Shown here: positions 27,973-40,479 of the stretch, one piece after another
Numbering within the stretch: position 1 is the first letter of the stretch
Layout: every line of letters starts with the position of its first letter
Made by a program: the position numbers and the translations under genes
Origin: the human T2T-CHM13v2.0 reference genome, Homo sapiens
Assembly (NCBI GenBank): GCA_009914755.4
Contig: CP068257.2
Span: 33,024,001-33,088,000, forward strand
Length of the DNA stretch: 64,000 bases
Reading direction: 5' to 3'
Notes under the pieces: generated by a model
Seen by the model: the letters and a program-made list of their open reading frames with translations, nothing else
Told to the model about the DNA's origin: nothing
Databases searched by the model: none

Positions 27973-29346
27973 ATGGCCGAGGCCGCGGAGCCGGAGGGGG
28001 TTGCCCCGGGTCCCCAGGGGCCGCCGGAGGTCCCCGCGCCTCTGGCTGAGAGACCCGGAGAGCCAGGAGCCGCGGGCGGGGAGGCAGAAGGGCCGGAGGG
28101 GAGCGAGGGCGCAGAGGAGGCGCCGAGGGGCGCCGCCGCTGTGAAGGAGGCAGGAGGCGGCGGGCCAGACAGGGGCCCGGAGGCCGAGGCGCGGGGCACG
28201 AGGGGGGCGCACGGCGAGACTGAGGCCGAGGAGGGAGCCCCGGAGGGTGCCGAGGTGCCCCAGGGAGGGGAGGAGACAAGCGGCGCGCAGCAGGTGGAGG
28301 GGGCGAGCCCGGGACGCGGCGCGCAGGGCGAGCCCCGCGGGGAGGCTCAGAGGGAGCCCGAGGACTCTGCGGCCCCCGAGAGGCAGGAGGAGGCGGAGCA
28401 GAGGCCTGAGGTCCCGGAAGGTAGCGCGTCCGGGGAGGCGGGGGACAGCGTAGACGCGGAGGGCCCGCTGGGGGACAACATAGAAGCCGAGGGCCCGGCG
28501 GGCGACAGCGTAGAGGCGGAGGGCCGGGTGGGGGACAGCGTAGACGCGGAAGGTCCGGCGGGGGACAGCGTAGACGCGGAGGGCCCGCTGGGGGACAACA
28601 TACAAGCCGAGGGCCCGGCGGGGGACAGCGTAGACGCGGAGGGCCGGGTGGGGGACAGCGTAGACGCGGAAGGTCCGGCGGGGGACAGCGTAGACGCGGA
28701 GGGCCGGGTGGGGGACAGCGTAGAGGCGGGGGACCCGGCGGGGGACGGCGTAGAAGCGGGGGTCCCGGCGGGGGACAGCGTAGAAGCCGAAGGCCCGGCG
28801 GGGGACAGCATGGACGCCGAGGGTCCGGCAGGAAGGGCGCGCCGGGTCTCGGGTGAGCCGCAGCAATCGGGGGACGGCAGCCTCTCGCCCCAGGCCGAGG
28901 CAATTGAGGTCGCAGCCGGGGAGAGTGCGGGGCGCAGCCCCGGTGAGCTCGCCTGGGACGCAGCGGAGGAGGCGGAGGTCCCGGGGGTAAAGGGGTCCGA
29001 AGAAGCGGCCCCCGGGGACGCAAGGGCAGACGCTGGCGAGGACAGGGTAGGGGATGGGCCACAGCAGGAGCCGGGGGAGGACGAAGAGAGACGAGAGCGG
29101 AGCCCGGAGGGGCCAAGGGAGGAGGAAGCAGCGGGGGGCGAAGAGGAATCCCCCGACAGCAGCCCACATGGGGAGGCCTCCAGGGGCGCCGCGGAGCCTG
29201 AGGCCCAGCTCAGCAACCACCTGGCCGAGGAGGGCCCCGCCGAGGGTAGCGGCGAGGCCGCGCGCGTGAACGGCCGCCGGGAGGACGGAGAGGCGTCCGA
29301 GCCCCGGGCCCTGGGGCAGGAGCACGACATCACCCTCTTCGTCAAG
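27973..29346 (+). CDS. CLIC6: CLIC6 (chloride intracellular channel 6, parchorin-like) first coding exon. It encodes residues 1-458, the acidic low-complexity N-terminal extension, up to the conserved ...ITLFVK junction. A GTAAGC donor follows at 29347
   Basis: ATG in a good Kozak context (gcggccATGG). The 458-codon open frame MAEAAEPEGVAPGPQGPPEV...QEHDITLFVK ends exactly at gtcaag|gtaagc. -LFVK followed by AGSDG... in exon 2 is the conserved exon1/2 boundary of CLIC-family genes. The N-terminal sequence and 13 decapeptide GD(S/N)(V/I)(D/E)AEG(P/R)(A/L/V) repeats match my recollection of human CLIC6 (704 aa: 458 + ~246-aa CLIC domain). The in-frame continuation to 29373 (VKLASLNS*) is intronic read-through, not coding. 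Confidence 0.9.
28441..28830 (+). repeat. CLIC6: Coding 30-bp tandem repeat, 13 units, unit GGGGACAGCGTAGACGCGGAGGGCCCGGCG encoding GDSVDAEGPA. It has a 120-bp higher-order duplication (28441-28560 ~ 28561-28680, 3 mismatches)
   Basis: Units read directly: GDSVDAEGPL, GDNIEAEGPA, GDSVEAEGRV, GDSVDAEGPA, GDSVDAEGPL, GDNIQAEGPA, GDSVDAEGRV, GDSVDAEGPA, GDSVDAEGRV, GDSVEAGDPA, GDGVEAGVPA, GDSVEAEGPA, GDSMDAEGPA. Confidence 0.95.
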
Positions 29347-29698
29347 GTAAAGCTCGCTTCCCTCAATTCTTAGGACGACCCCCTTCCATTCGAGGTCTTG
29401 GTCATCTCAGATCCCAGAGGGACGCGCAGGGAGGAACCCTTGGTGGTATCCTGATTGTCATCAGGCGCTTCCATGCGCGGGCGGTAGGCGGGACAGCCGG
29501 GATTTCCCGGAGAAGAGTTTCCAGGGCATTTGCGGGAGGACTCAATGGTTTGGAAGCAAAGACTTTGGGGGTGGGGGCGACGGGGAGTGCGATGGGGGCC
29601 AATGAGGATGTGGGGTTGTGGGTTCAGCATCCCACTGTCCTTTGACCTGAACATCCTAACCAGCCCTCCTAGTCAGGAGGTTATTAACGAATTAACTA

Positions 29699-29745
29699 AA
29701 AAGTTAAAAAAAAAAAAAAAAAAAAAAAGAAGAAGAAGAAAAGCA
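29699..29745. repeat. Intronic A-rich tract: A23 followed by (GAA)4
   Basis: aaaaagttaaaaaaaaaaaaaaaaaaaaaaagaagaagaagaaaag, ~350 bp downstream of the exon-1 donor. Confidence 0.9.
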
Positions 29746-31254
29746 ACGCACCCTATTGGTGTTCAAAGGGATTTCTGCCAAAGGAAGCTTTAATACTTGA
29801 AGCCAAAAAACGCAGACAGGTAGGTTCAATGTGGGAGGTGCCTTCCAGACTCAATCTCGGAGACCCAGAGCTGGTCAATGTTTTCAACTCCAAAAAGGTA
29901 TTCCATTTTGGTAGAATCAACAATGTACGTTTAGGGGGGAATGGAGCCTTATTGACATAATGTTTTTTGAACGTTTTAACATTGAATTTGGAAGAATACA
30001 AGATGCCGGTGACTTGAACATCATCTGCTTGTATGTCATGTTTTTAACCTCAGTTCACATGGGAAGAGAGCAAGGATTCTGTGAAGGAATCTGTAGAGAC
30101 ACAACTGAGGAAGTTTTGAATTTAAACAGGAATTATTTACAAGGCATGAAAAATGAAAGAACAAAGCTCAGCAGCAGTTCACACCAGGATCTTTGTTTAA
30201 AAAGCCTTTTCTGAGGACCTTTGGCCAGACCCAGGAAAGTTGGAGATAATAAGGTCAAGAATGTGCATTTCATGTTGAATCATAATCCTTCAGAAATACT
30301 TCCAGGCTTATAGAAACCAGTTACCATCTAAATCTCTCTGGCTGAAATGCAAGCACATTTTAATAAGTAAAAGGAAATGCTCCCAATGTGATTAACATCA
30401 GAATTTTAAGAATTGTTTGGGTGGCGAGGGGCTTGGGAAAGAAGGGGTGTGTGTGTGTTTCTTCCCTAGTGAGAAGGTGCTGTTTCTGGCTTTTTTCAAG
30501 ACCCTGGGACATAACCTCAGGACACCAGCCCCTGAGAGGCTGCTGGGAAGAGCTGGAGCGCAGTGCTGCTGTGTGACCCCAAATCTGCTCCTCTCCATCA
30601 CCTTGGTTTTAGAAATTTCCCGTTGCTGTGGTTGTAAGGATACATGATTCTGGCACACGGCCTCTTAGCACAGTTTTGATGGACAGTAGCAGCTTCTGGC
30701 TAGTCTCCCTGTTTCAGTTCTCTGTCCTCTCCAATCTAGTCTCTTTGTAATAGCCAGTGAGCTGCGGACAAGATCTGATCATTTTATTTCTTTGTGTAAA
30801 ATTCTTCAGTTGTTTATTGCAGAATTTCAGGTAAATCCCCACTCCTTAGGCAGCCCACAAGGCCCTTTGTGATGTTATTTCTGCCTTCTTTCTTTCTGGC
30901 CTTGGCATTGCTGGGTGTCCCCACCCTTTGTTACCTGTGGTCTCGCTATGCCACCTGGATTAAACTACTTACTGTTCCTTGAGGGAGCCACGTTCTTTCC
31001 TGCCTTGAAACTTTCTACATTATGTACCCTCTGTCTGAATGGAGTTTCTCCTCCTCGCCCCTGTCTGCCCTCCTGCCTAGTTATCTGCCACAAGTCCAAG
31101 AGTTAGCATGGATGTCATATCTTCCAGTCCCAGTCGGATGACCCTGTTAAGGCATTGCCCTCAGCCTGCTATGTCTCTTTCCTCAGCTGTGTGAAATTCA
31201 TCATTCTATCTCCAGCGCAGAACACAGGTGTGGGATGTGGTGAAGGCTTGAATG

Positions 31255-31540
31255 GGCGGCTAGCTGCTGGATAGTGTGGTGATCAAGAACACGGACTTTA
31301 GAGCCAGTGGGTCTGGGATCAAATCTTGGCTTTGCTAATTTCTTGCCGTGTGACCTTGGGCAAGTTACTTAATCTTTTGGTATCATTGTGGTCTCATTGA
31401 TAAAATGGGGACGGTAATAGTACCTAGCCCTTGAGGTTACCGTGAGAAATTGAGAATTAGATTACACAAAGCACTTAGAAAAGTGCCTGGCTGGAAATAA
31501 GCTTAGTACACATGTGAGTTCCTATTGTTACATCTGTGCT
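31255..31540 (+). mobile_element. MIR SINE
   Basis: ttgccgtgtgaccttgggcaagttacttaatcttttggtatcattgtggtctcattgataaaatggggacggtaatagtacctagcccttgaggttaccgtgagaaattgagaattagattacacaaagcacttagaaaagtgcctggc matches the MIR consensus. Confidence 0.8.
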
Positions 31541-31871
31541 GCTCGCATAACTTGCACTGATTTTGCACAGAAACAGTTATCCCTGCCATTACTTATTTTA
31601 TTTATTTTTAGGGAAAATCCCTCTAGGTACGTAATTACCTCCAATCTCTAGGGATAAGAATGTTGTGAAAAGTAAAAACAACTTGCTTCCTCAAATACTG
31701 CTTGGGAGGAGTTTGTGTGGGCAGAAGCATGTGGCCTAGCACCAGCAGCGGCCCAGCACGAGCAGCTTACCCACAATGCTTTATTCTGATGATTGATCTG
31801 GTGCTCAGTTGCTAACTTTTTTTTTTCTTAAGGAAACAGATAGATCTCCAAATGATGAGATTGGTTAACTT

Positions 31872-32189
<318 letters not shown>

Positions 32190-32261
32190 TGAGGGGTCAC
32201 TTATCATGAGCCTCACAGTATTGATATTGTGTCTCAGTTTCTTCTTATCCTACCAATTATG

Positions 32262-32345
32262 CTCTTTGAAAACAAAATGAAACAAAAACAAAAAAGACAG
32301 ACATCAAAGCAAAAAACAAAACTAAACAAACAAACAAAAAAACAC
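32262..32345. repeat. A-rich (CAAA/AAAC)n low-complexity tract
   Basis: aacaaaatgaaacaaaaacaaaaaagacagacatcaaagcaaaaaacaaaactaaacaaacaaacaaaaaaacac. Confidence 0.85.
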
Positions 32346-32707
32346 CCTTTAGACTCATATTTTCTGAGTTTGAAATACTTGATGTAAAATCTGGAAATTA
32401 GTTCAGAATAGGATTTCTTTGCCAGAATTAGCCTTTTCTAGGCTCCTTTTTTGGGCTCAGTTTTGTCTGGGTTCTATTCTACAGTGGACACCTGAGCTGG
32501 GTTTTGTGAACATGCCTAGATGCGTCTTCATGGTGGGTTTTGTATGGCATAGCTGGAGTGTGGAATTCACAGCTGGGTTTAAAGGAAAGTACTGCAATAT
32601 TCTCTCAAACATTCTCCTAGCCTTCATATGACAGCTGAGCAAACACATTTTAAAATCAGTTAGCCCATATTTTATTTGGGAACTCCTAGCTTTCACATTT
32701 CTTCCAA

Positions 32708-32990
<283 letters not shown>

Positions 32991-35900
32991 TAAAAATAAA
33001 TATATTGGTTACAAATATACCAGAAAGTCATGGCTAACTATGTAGTAACATGTAATAATAATTGTCCCACATTTGCTTCTAATTAGCCATCTAATATATT
33101 CTCCATCTTTATGAGAATTGTCATGTTATTAATTTGTCAGTTTGTTTTATTTTACAAGCATGCAAGGATGCATTCTTGTACAGAAGCCAGGAACATATAG
33201 AACCAGCCAAGAAAGGTCTTAAATTATTTTGTGGTAAATTAATTGCTGATTATGCTAATTTTTAGTTTTGTTTTCTCAAAGAAGTGTTAATTATTTGTCA
33301 TCAAATTATAGGGTAACTCTGCAATATATTTAGTAAGAAAGGTTCTTTTTCTTTCCTCATAATAACAAAGGGTAACAACATAATCACATAATCACACAAC
33401 AACATAATAACAACAGGCAAAACACTAGCAGCAGAGAGTTAAGTAAGAACTTCATTTAAGTAAGGAGTTCAGCGGTAGTGGAGATTTAGTCGCCAAGGAA
33501 GTCTTGCTTACGGCTTTGGTTCCCCTAATCTGGCGTGTAAGCTTTGAGTCAGGGTCTTTGGGTGGGACAGTCTGAGCTACGGCTTTCCTGGCAAATTTGA
33601 CATGACTTAAAAAACTTCAGTGTTGACCAGTGATTAGTCCTGGGCCACCCAGGATTTAGACACCACCTGTTTACTTGTAAACATGCAGTTATTGCTGAGC
33701 TAAAAAAACTTGCATTTGTATTCACATTTGGGTTCTCCAAAGAGGTGAAACTGACCCGATGAAACACAGTAAAACTCAAGAAGGACATGGCCTTTGAATA
33801 AGCACTGTCACCCAGAAATGAGCCCCCGCCCCTCCAAAAAAAAAAAAAAAAAAGAGCCTTCCAAGCATTGCCATACCACAGGGCTGGGCAAGAATGAGCC
33901 AGGACCAGCGTCTGATGGACTCCTGGTAGAACGGTAAGCTGTGGCTCTCTGTGGACATGTCACTGGGAGAGAGCATGTTGGGACTTGTTCTATGGGGCTT
34001 GGTCTCCAGGGAGCTTGAAAGGGAGATGTTATTTTCACAACTATGTGTTCTGAAGGAAAGTGAGCAAAGATGCATTTCTGAGACTTTAATTCTCCCCTAA
34101 AAACAAATTTTTTGTAATTTTTTTTTATTGTCTTAGAAAACCTGCCTACAAATTACACATATGAAATCAGTACCGGGTTACTTGGGGGTGGAAACAGGTG
34201 GAGCATGATGTTTTGCGTAACCTCTTGCATACAAACAGGTGCAGGTGTGCACATGCATGCTGGGGGTGGGGATACCCCTGCCACACTCAGTGAGAGCCCT
34301 ATCGTCATTGCCTCTCGGTTCTCACCACCTGCCACTGCAGTGGGCTCATGGCAGGCCCTCCACTGTGCTTTTTGGTGCAGATAAATAGTGGGTCGGGTGG
34401 ATGGCTAATTGGTAAGACACAAGCCCAGTTCTCCACTGTCCCAGCCCAGTGTCCCTTGTGAGAGAAACAGAGCCACCTTTTTCCATGAAGGCCTCTTGGC
34501 AGCAGGGTTACAGGATGCTGGTGGCTTTGGGAATTTGAAGCTCTTTCCTGCCATGTGCACACATCACAGCTCCCGTCTCTGTCTGGGCTGACAGGCCATG
34601 TGCTTCATGAGAGCAATTATGTTTCTTTACCTTCAGCACGGGTTCCTCCCCTCACATGGGGTTTCCTTTGTGTCCTTGGTTTCACACAGCCAGCCTTTGT
34701 CGGGCCGACTCAGATATCCCATTTCCTTGAATATCTAAAGACCCACAGAAAACCTTCAGAAATACTACACTGGGTCCTTTAGTCATGTGAATGTATTGTG
34801 TCCTTTCGGACACCTAGATAAAACCTAGAAGTGGAAGGAGTATGTAAAAGCCAACACTCCAATCCATGCTTGAGGCTCAGAGGGATCCTCATGCTATGGG
34901 TCCATATATTAATTCAATACATATGGATATATTACCTACTGTGTGTTGGACTCTGTGCTAGATTCTGGGGACACATTGGTAAGCAGGACTGACAAGCTTC
35001 TTGCCCTCCCAGAGTTTACCATCTAGCACAGAAGACAGACATTGGGCAATGTAGTACATTATGTCTGTAGCATCTCCACTGGGCTGCAAGCCTGCACTGC
35101 AAAGACCATGTAGTTTTTCCCATCATTGTTCTTTCAGCCCTTTGCATGCTGTTTGACACATAACAGCCAGCCAGTTAATGATGGTATGAAGGGAAGGGGG
35201 ATGGACGATGAGCAGCAGGCCATAGGAGCATGCAGCAGCAGCAGGAGGACCTGCAGACACAGTGGTAATCACTAAATAGTTGTTGATTTAATTACATTTG
35301 GGGAGACACAACCATTTTCCTTTCCAGTCCACAGAGTAGTGGGATCCTCTGATAATGCCTAGTATAGATTCTTCAGGATTTTCTAAAACAGGTGATCTTT
35401 GGTCTATCATTCTCTGAACTCCTGTCATATTAGTAAAGAAAAAGTTTTTGTGAGAGTTATAAAGGTATTCAAATCTTCTAAAATTTTCCAGCATTAATTT
35501 TGTTTTTTTTTTTCTGCCTGAGTGTTGATTTATAAAGTGGGCCCTATATCTGGGCATAGTTGGGGGAGACATTTTCTTCACAATATAGAGAGTTTCCAAA
35601 AGACCACCCCCATGCTTTTTGTCAGCCCTTTTCTCCTCCCCACAGGGAGACGGTATCCAAGTCCATCTTCGGCTAAAATCCGTGCTTGTATTGACAGCCC
35701 CACTTCCTCCTTCTGAAAGCAGCATTTTAATTTGGAGCTGTTGGTGCTTAGGTATAAAATCTATTTCATTTAATGCTGCTATGAAAATTTCCCAGTTTTG
35801 AATTTAAGACAGTCTCTTATTGTTTTTTCCTGCTCTTGCATGGGGGACCATCTGCTCTGCCAAGCTTTCAAAACTTTGCTCTCAAGTTAGGTGGCAAATG

Positions 35901-36731
35901 GGCTAACAATTTGGTATATGTTAAGAGCTTGTTATAAAGAATACTTTTGCCCCAGCTGGTACTACAGTATGGTATTTAATGTTGAAGAGAACACCATTAA
36001 GAGTGTGTTCAGCTGCAATTAATAAACTATCCAGTAGCAAGTGCCTTTAATCAGAAATATATTTTTCTCATACAACAAGAAATCCAGAGATAGGTGGATA
36101 AAGCATCTTACCCATGTCATCAAGGGCTCAGATTAGTTCCTTGTGTTCTGTCTCCCTGTATCATCAAAAAATGGATGCCTTAGTCTTAAGCACCAAATCC
36201 TGACCAGCAATATCTCAAGTAGGAAACTAAAGGGAAGGGTCAGGATTTTTCTTCTTATTCCCATTCCTCCTTCATCAGGGAGGAGAAATGCTCCTGACAA
36301 CTCTTGCAGCAGACTTTTCTGTGTCTAATGGCTAGAACTGGATTCTGTGCCCCAACCCCCTCCAGGCCTTTTACAAGCACAAGGGTATGAGACTGGCGTA
36401 TATATACCAGGGGTTAGCAAACTGTGGCATGCAGGTCCTATCTAGCCTGCCACCTGTTTTTGTACACCTACAACCTAAGAATGACTTATGTTTTTAAATG
36501 GTTGGAAAACATTAAAAGAAGAATAATTCATGACTCATGAAAAATATATGAAATTCAAATTTCAGGGCCCATAAACAAACTTTTTTTTGGAACCCAGCCA
36601 TGCTTGTTCTTTGATGTATCCTGTATGACTCCTTTCACTTTCAACAGCAGAGTTGAGTAGATGCAACAGAGACTCTGTGGACCACAAAGCCCACAATATT
36701 TATTACTGGGCCCTTTAAGAAAAAGTTTACT

Positions 36732-37019
36732 GGCTGGGTGAGGTGGCTCACGCCTGTAATCCCAGCACTTTGGGAGGCTGAGGCGGGCAGATCACGAGGT
36801 CAGGAGATTGAGACCATCCTGGCCAACACGGTGCAACCCCGTCTCTACTAAAAATACAAAAAAAAAAAAAAAAGTCACCCGGGCGTGGTGGCGTGTGCCT
36901 GTAGTCCCAGCTACTCAGGAGGCTGAGGCAGGAGAATGGCGTGAACCCAGGAGGTGGAGCTTGCAGTGAGCCGAGATTGCACTCCAGCCTGGGCAAGAGA
37001 GAGACTCCATCTAAAAAAA
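36732..37019 (+). mobile_element. AluY-class element (sense). TSD is AAGAAAAAGTTTAC
   Basis: ggctgggtgaggtggctcacgcctgtaatcccagcactttgggaggctgaggcgggcagatcacgaggtcaggagattgagaccatcctggccaacacggtg...; flank aagaaaaagtttac repeated after the A-tail. Confidence 0.9.
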
Positions 37020-37667
37020 AAAAAAGAAAAAGTTTACCGATTCCTAGCTTATACCTACTTTTATTCATCATCTGGGGCTAGATACAATGCCATTCATACA
37101 AAATTGGAGTTCGATTTAGAAGGAAAAAGGATAACTGTTGTAGAAGAAAGAACTGGCAGGTTCTTTCACAGTGAATAAGAAATATTTAAGACACTAAACA
37201 TCTATATATTGTTAGAAATGGTTGTTTTTTGCCTACAAAAACCATAAAAATTTTGATTTATATAAAGTCAACATAAAATGTAGGTTAAATGTATTTATAC
37301 AAATTTTAGTATAACATATTTATGTAGTCCATGGGATTATTTTGTAAAATTTACTTACCATTTTTTTGGAAAAGATAATACATTGGAATAGTAAAATTTA
37401 GAAACATAAAAAGATATAATATAATGAGAATTAAGTCTTCTTTCGCCCATGAAGCCCAACCTCCCAATTTTTCTCCCTAGAGATAACCACCAAATATTTT
37501 TCCAGAGATATTCTATGCAAGTTCAAACATATCCTCAATGTATTATCTATTTCTGTGTAACAAATTGTCCCAAGACCTAGAATCTTAAAGCAACAAACAT
37601 TTTATATTATTCATAGTTTTCCAGGGTCAGGAATTTGTGAGTTGCTTAGATGGGATTTTTGAGTTGC

Positions 37668-39988
37668 TTAATCTGTTCTCACGCTGTTGTGAAGAACTGC
37701 CCAAGACTGGATAATTTATAAAGGAAAGAGGTTTAATTGACTCACAGTTCTGCATGGCCTGGGAGGCCTCAGGAAACTCACAATCACGGCAGAAGGGGAA
37801 GCAAACACATCCTTCTTTGCATGGCAACAGGAAGGAAAAGTGCCAAGTGAAAGGGGAAGCTCCTTATAAGCCATCAGATCTGGTGAGAACTCACTCACTA
37901 TCACGAGAACAGCATGGGGGAAACTTCTCTCATGGTTCAATTATCTCTACCTGGTCTCACACTTGACACTTGGGTATTATTACAATTCGAGGTGAGATTT
38001 GGGTGGAGACATAGCCAAACCGTATCATTCCACCCAGGCCCCTCCCAAATCTCATGTCCTCACATTTTAAAACACAATCATGCCCCTCCAACAGTCTCCC
38101 CAAAGTCTTAACTCATTCCAGCATTAACCTAAAAGTCCAAGTCCAAAGTCTCATTTGAGATAAGGCAAGTCTCCTCCACCTATGAGCCTGTAAAGTCAAA
38201 AGCAAGTTAGTTACTTCCCAGATACGATGGGGGTACAGGCATTGGGTAAATACACCCACTCCAAGTGGGAGAAGTTGGCCAAAACAGAGGGGCTACAGGT
38301 CCCATGTAAGTCTGAAATTCCACAGGGCAGTCATTAAACCTTCAAGTTCCAAAATGATCTCCTTTGATCCCATGTCTCAATCCAAGTCACACTGATGCAT
38401 GAGGTGGGCCCCCATGGCCTTGGACAGCTCCACCCCTGTGGCTTTGCAGGGTACAGCATCCCTCTTGGCTGCTTTCACGGACTGGTGTTGAGTGTCTGTG
38501 GCTTTTCCAGGTGCACAGTGCAAGCTATTGGTGGATCCACCATTCTGGGGGCTGGAGGATGGTTGACCTATTCTCACAGCCCTACTAGGCAGTGCCCCAG
38601 TGGGGACTCTGTGTGGGGGCTCTGACCCTACATTTCCCTTCTGTACTGCCCTAGCAGAGGTTCTCCATGAGGGCTCTGCCCCTGCAGCAAACTTCTTCCT
38701 GGACATCTTGGCATTTCCATATATCCTCTGAAATCTAGGCAGAAGTTCCTAAACCTCAATTATTGACTTCTGTGCACCAGCAGGCCCAACACCACTTGGA
38801 AGCTACCAAGGCTTGGGGCTTGCACCCTCTGAAGCAATGGCCTGAGTTGTACCTCGGCCCCTTTTAGCCATGGCTGGAGCAGCTGGGATGCAGGGCACTA
38901 AGTCCCTAGGCTGCACACAGCAGGGGGTCCTGTGGCCCATGAAACCATTTTTCCCTAGAAGACTTCCAGGCCTGTGATGGGAGGGGTTGCCACAAAGGTC
39001 ACTGACATGCCCTGGAGATATTTTCCCCATTGTCTTGGTCATTAACATTCAGCTCCTTGTTACTTATGCAAATCTCTGCAGCAGGCTTGAATTTTTCCTC
39101 AGAAAATTGGTTTTTCTTTTTCTATCACATCATCAGGCTGCAAATTTTCCTAACTTTTATGCTCTGTTTCCTCTTGAATGCTTTGCCACTTAGAAATTTC
39201 TTCCACCAGATACCCTAAATTATCTCTCTCACATTCAAAGTTCCACAGATCTCTAGGACAGGGGCAAAATGCTGCCAGTCTCTTTGCTAAAGCAAAACAA
39301 GAGTCACCTTTATTTCAACTCCCAATAAGTTCCCCATCCCCATTTGAGACCAACTCAGTCTGGACTTCATTGTCTATATCACTACCAGCATTTTGGTCAA
39401 ATCCATTCAACATGTCTGTAGGAAGTTTTGAACTTTCCCACAGCTTCCTGTCTTCTGAACCCTCCAAATCTCTAGGAAGTTCCAAACTTTCCCACATTTT
39501 GCTGTCTTCTTCTGAGCCCTCCAAACTGTTCCAACCTCTGTCTGTTTTCCAGTTCCAAAGTAGCTTTCACATTTTCAGGTATCCTTATAGCAGCATCCCA
39601 CTCTCTTCAGTACCAATTTACTGTGTTAGTCCATTCTCATACTGCAATAAAGAACTGCCTGAGACTGGGTTATTTATAAAGGAAAGAAGTTTAATTGACT
39701 GACAGTTCCGCATGGCTGGGGAGGCCTCAGGAAACTTGCAATCGTGGCAGAAGGGGAAGAAATCATGCCCTTTTTCACATGATGGTGGGAAGGAGAAGTG
39801 CTGAGTGAAGGCGGAAGCCATTTATAAAGCCATCAGATCTCATAAGAACTCACTCACTATCACAAGAACAGCATGGGGGAAACTGCCTCCATGATTCAAT
39901 TATCTCTATTTGATCCTGCCCTTGACACATGGTGATTATTATAATTCAAGGTGAGATTTAGGTGGGAACACAGAGCCAAACCTTATCA
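37668..39988 (-). mobile_element. Complete MaLR endogenous retrovirus-like element (THE1/MST family). It has a 3'LTR (37668-38027), an internal region (38028-39621) and a 5'LTR (39622-39988)
   Basis: Both LTRs carry the family hallmarks on the minus strand (...aataaagaactgcctgagactgggttatttataaaggaaagaagtttaattgactgacagttccgcatggctggggaggcctcaggaaacttgcaatcgtggcagaagg ... ggtgagatttaggtgggaacacagagccaaaccttatca), i.e. the reverse complement of TGATATGGTTTGGCTGTGTCCCCACCCAAATCTCA...CCAGCCATGTGGAACTGTGAGTCAATTAAACCTCTTTCCTTTATAAATTACCCAGTCTC. Total length ~2.3 kb is typical for THE1. The two LTRs are clearly diverged from each other, so it is old. Confidence 0.85.
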
Positions 39989-40039
39989 GTTGGGTAGTTC
40001 TGGCTCATGTGGTTGCAGTGAGGATGTCAGTCAGAGCTG

Positions 40040-40150
40040 TGATCTCATCTGAAGGATTAATTGGGGCTAGGGCTGTGGTTTCATCAGAAGGATTGATTGG
40101 GGCTAGGGCCATGGTCTCATCTGAAGGACTTATTAGGGCTGGATAATCCA
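40040..40150. repeat. ~36-bp tandem repeat x3 just outside the MaLR 5'LTR
   Basis: gattaattggggctagggctgtggtttcatcagaag / gattgattggggctagggccatggtctcatctgaag / gacttattagggctgg... Confidence 0.7.
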
Positions 40151-40479
40151 CTTCCAAGATGGCTGGCTCACATGTCGTTTGGCAGGAGGTGCAGTTAGTT
40201 TTTTTTACCACTTGGGCCTCTTCATAGGACTTCTTTAGTGTCCCCACAACATGGCATCTGGCTTTTTCCAGAGCAATGATCTAAGAGAGACCAAGGAAGA
40301 AGCCATAATGCCTTTTATGACTTTGTCTCAGAAGTTACATGCTGTAACTTCTGCCTTATTTTATTCATTAGAAATATGATCACTAAGTCCAGTCCTCAAG
40401 GAAAGTGGAATTAGGCTCCACCAATTAAAAGAAAAGGCAAAGAATTTGTGGACAAATCTTTAAAATACCACATCTACTT

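Larger units (their letters stand above)
27350..29650. promoter_or_regulatory. CLIC6: CpG island spanning the CLIC6 promoter, 5'UTR and the whole of coding exon 1 (GC roughly 70-75%, dense CpG). It contains GC/Sp1-type boxes, e.g. ccccgccc at ~27527
   Basis: Abrupt change from AT-rich repeat flank to sequence such as gcggcccgcgggcgagattggggtcccggtgggaagcagacgcgcaatcgg. CpGs occur every few bases from ~27.4 to ~29.6 kb. There is no TATA box immediately 5' of the ATG. The TSS is not determinable from sequence alone. Confidence 0.75.

Noticed and set aside
27751-29366. Long minus-strand ORFs (524, 414 and 339 aa) and an alternative + frame ORF (27647-28144) overlapping CLIC6 exon 1
   Set aside because: These are artefacts of ~75% GC and the 30-bp tandem repeat, and stop codons are AT-rich. 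The translations are Pro/Arg/Ala/Ser homopolymer-like. Only the + frame starting at 27973 has a Kozak ATG and a consensus splice donor, and reproduces the CLIC6 N-terminus
38395-39702. ORFs of 76-174 aa inside 38.4-39.7 kb
   Set aside because: They lie in the MaLR (THE1/MST) internal region. Any ancestral gag-like coding capacity is decayed and there is no intact domain
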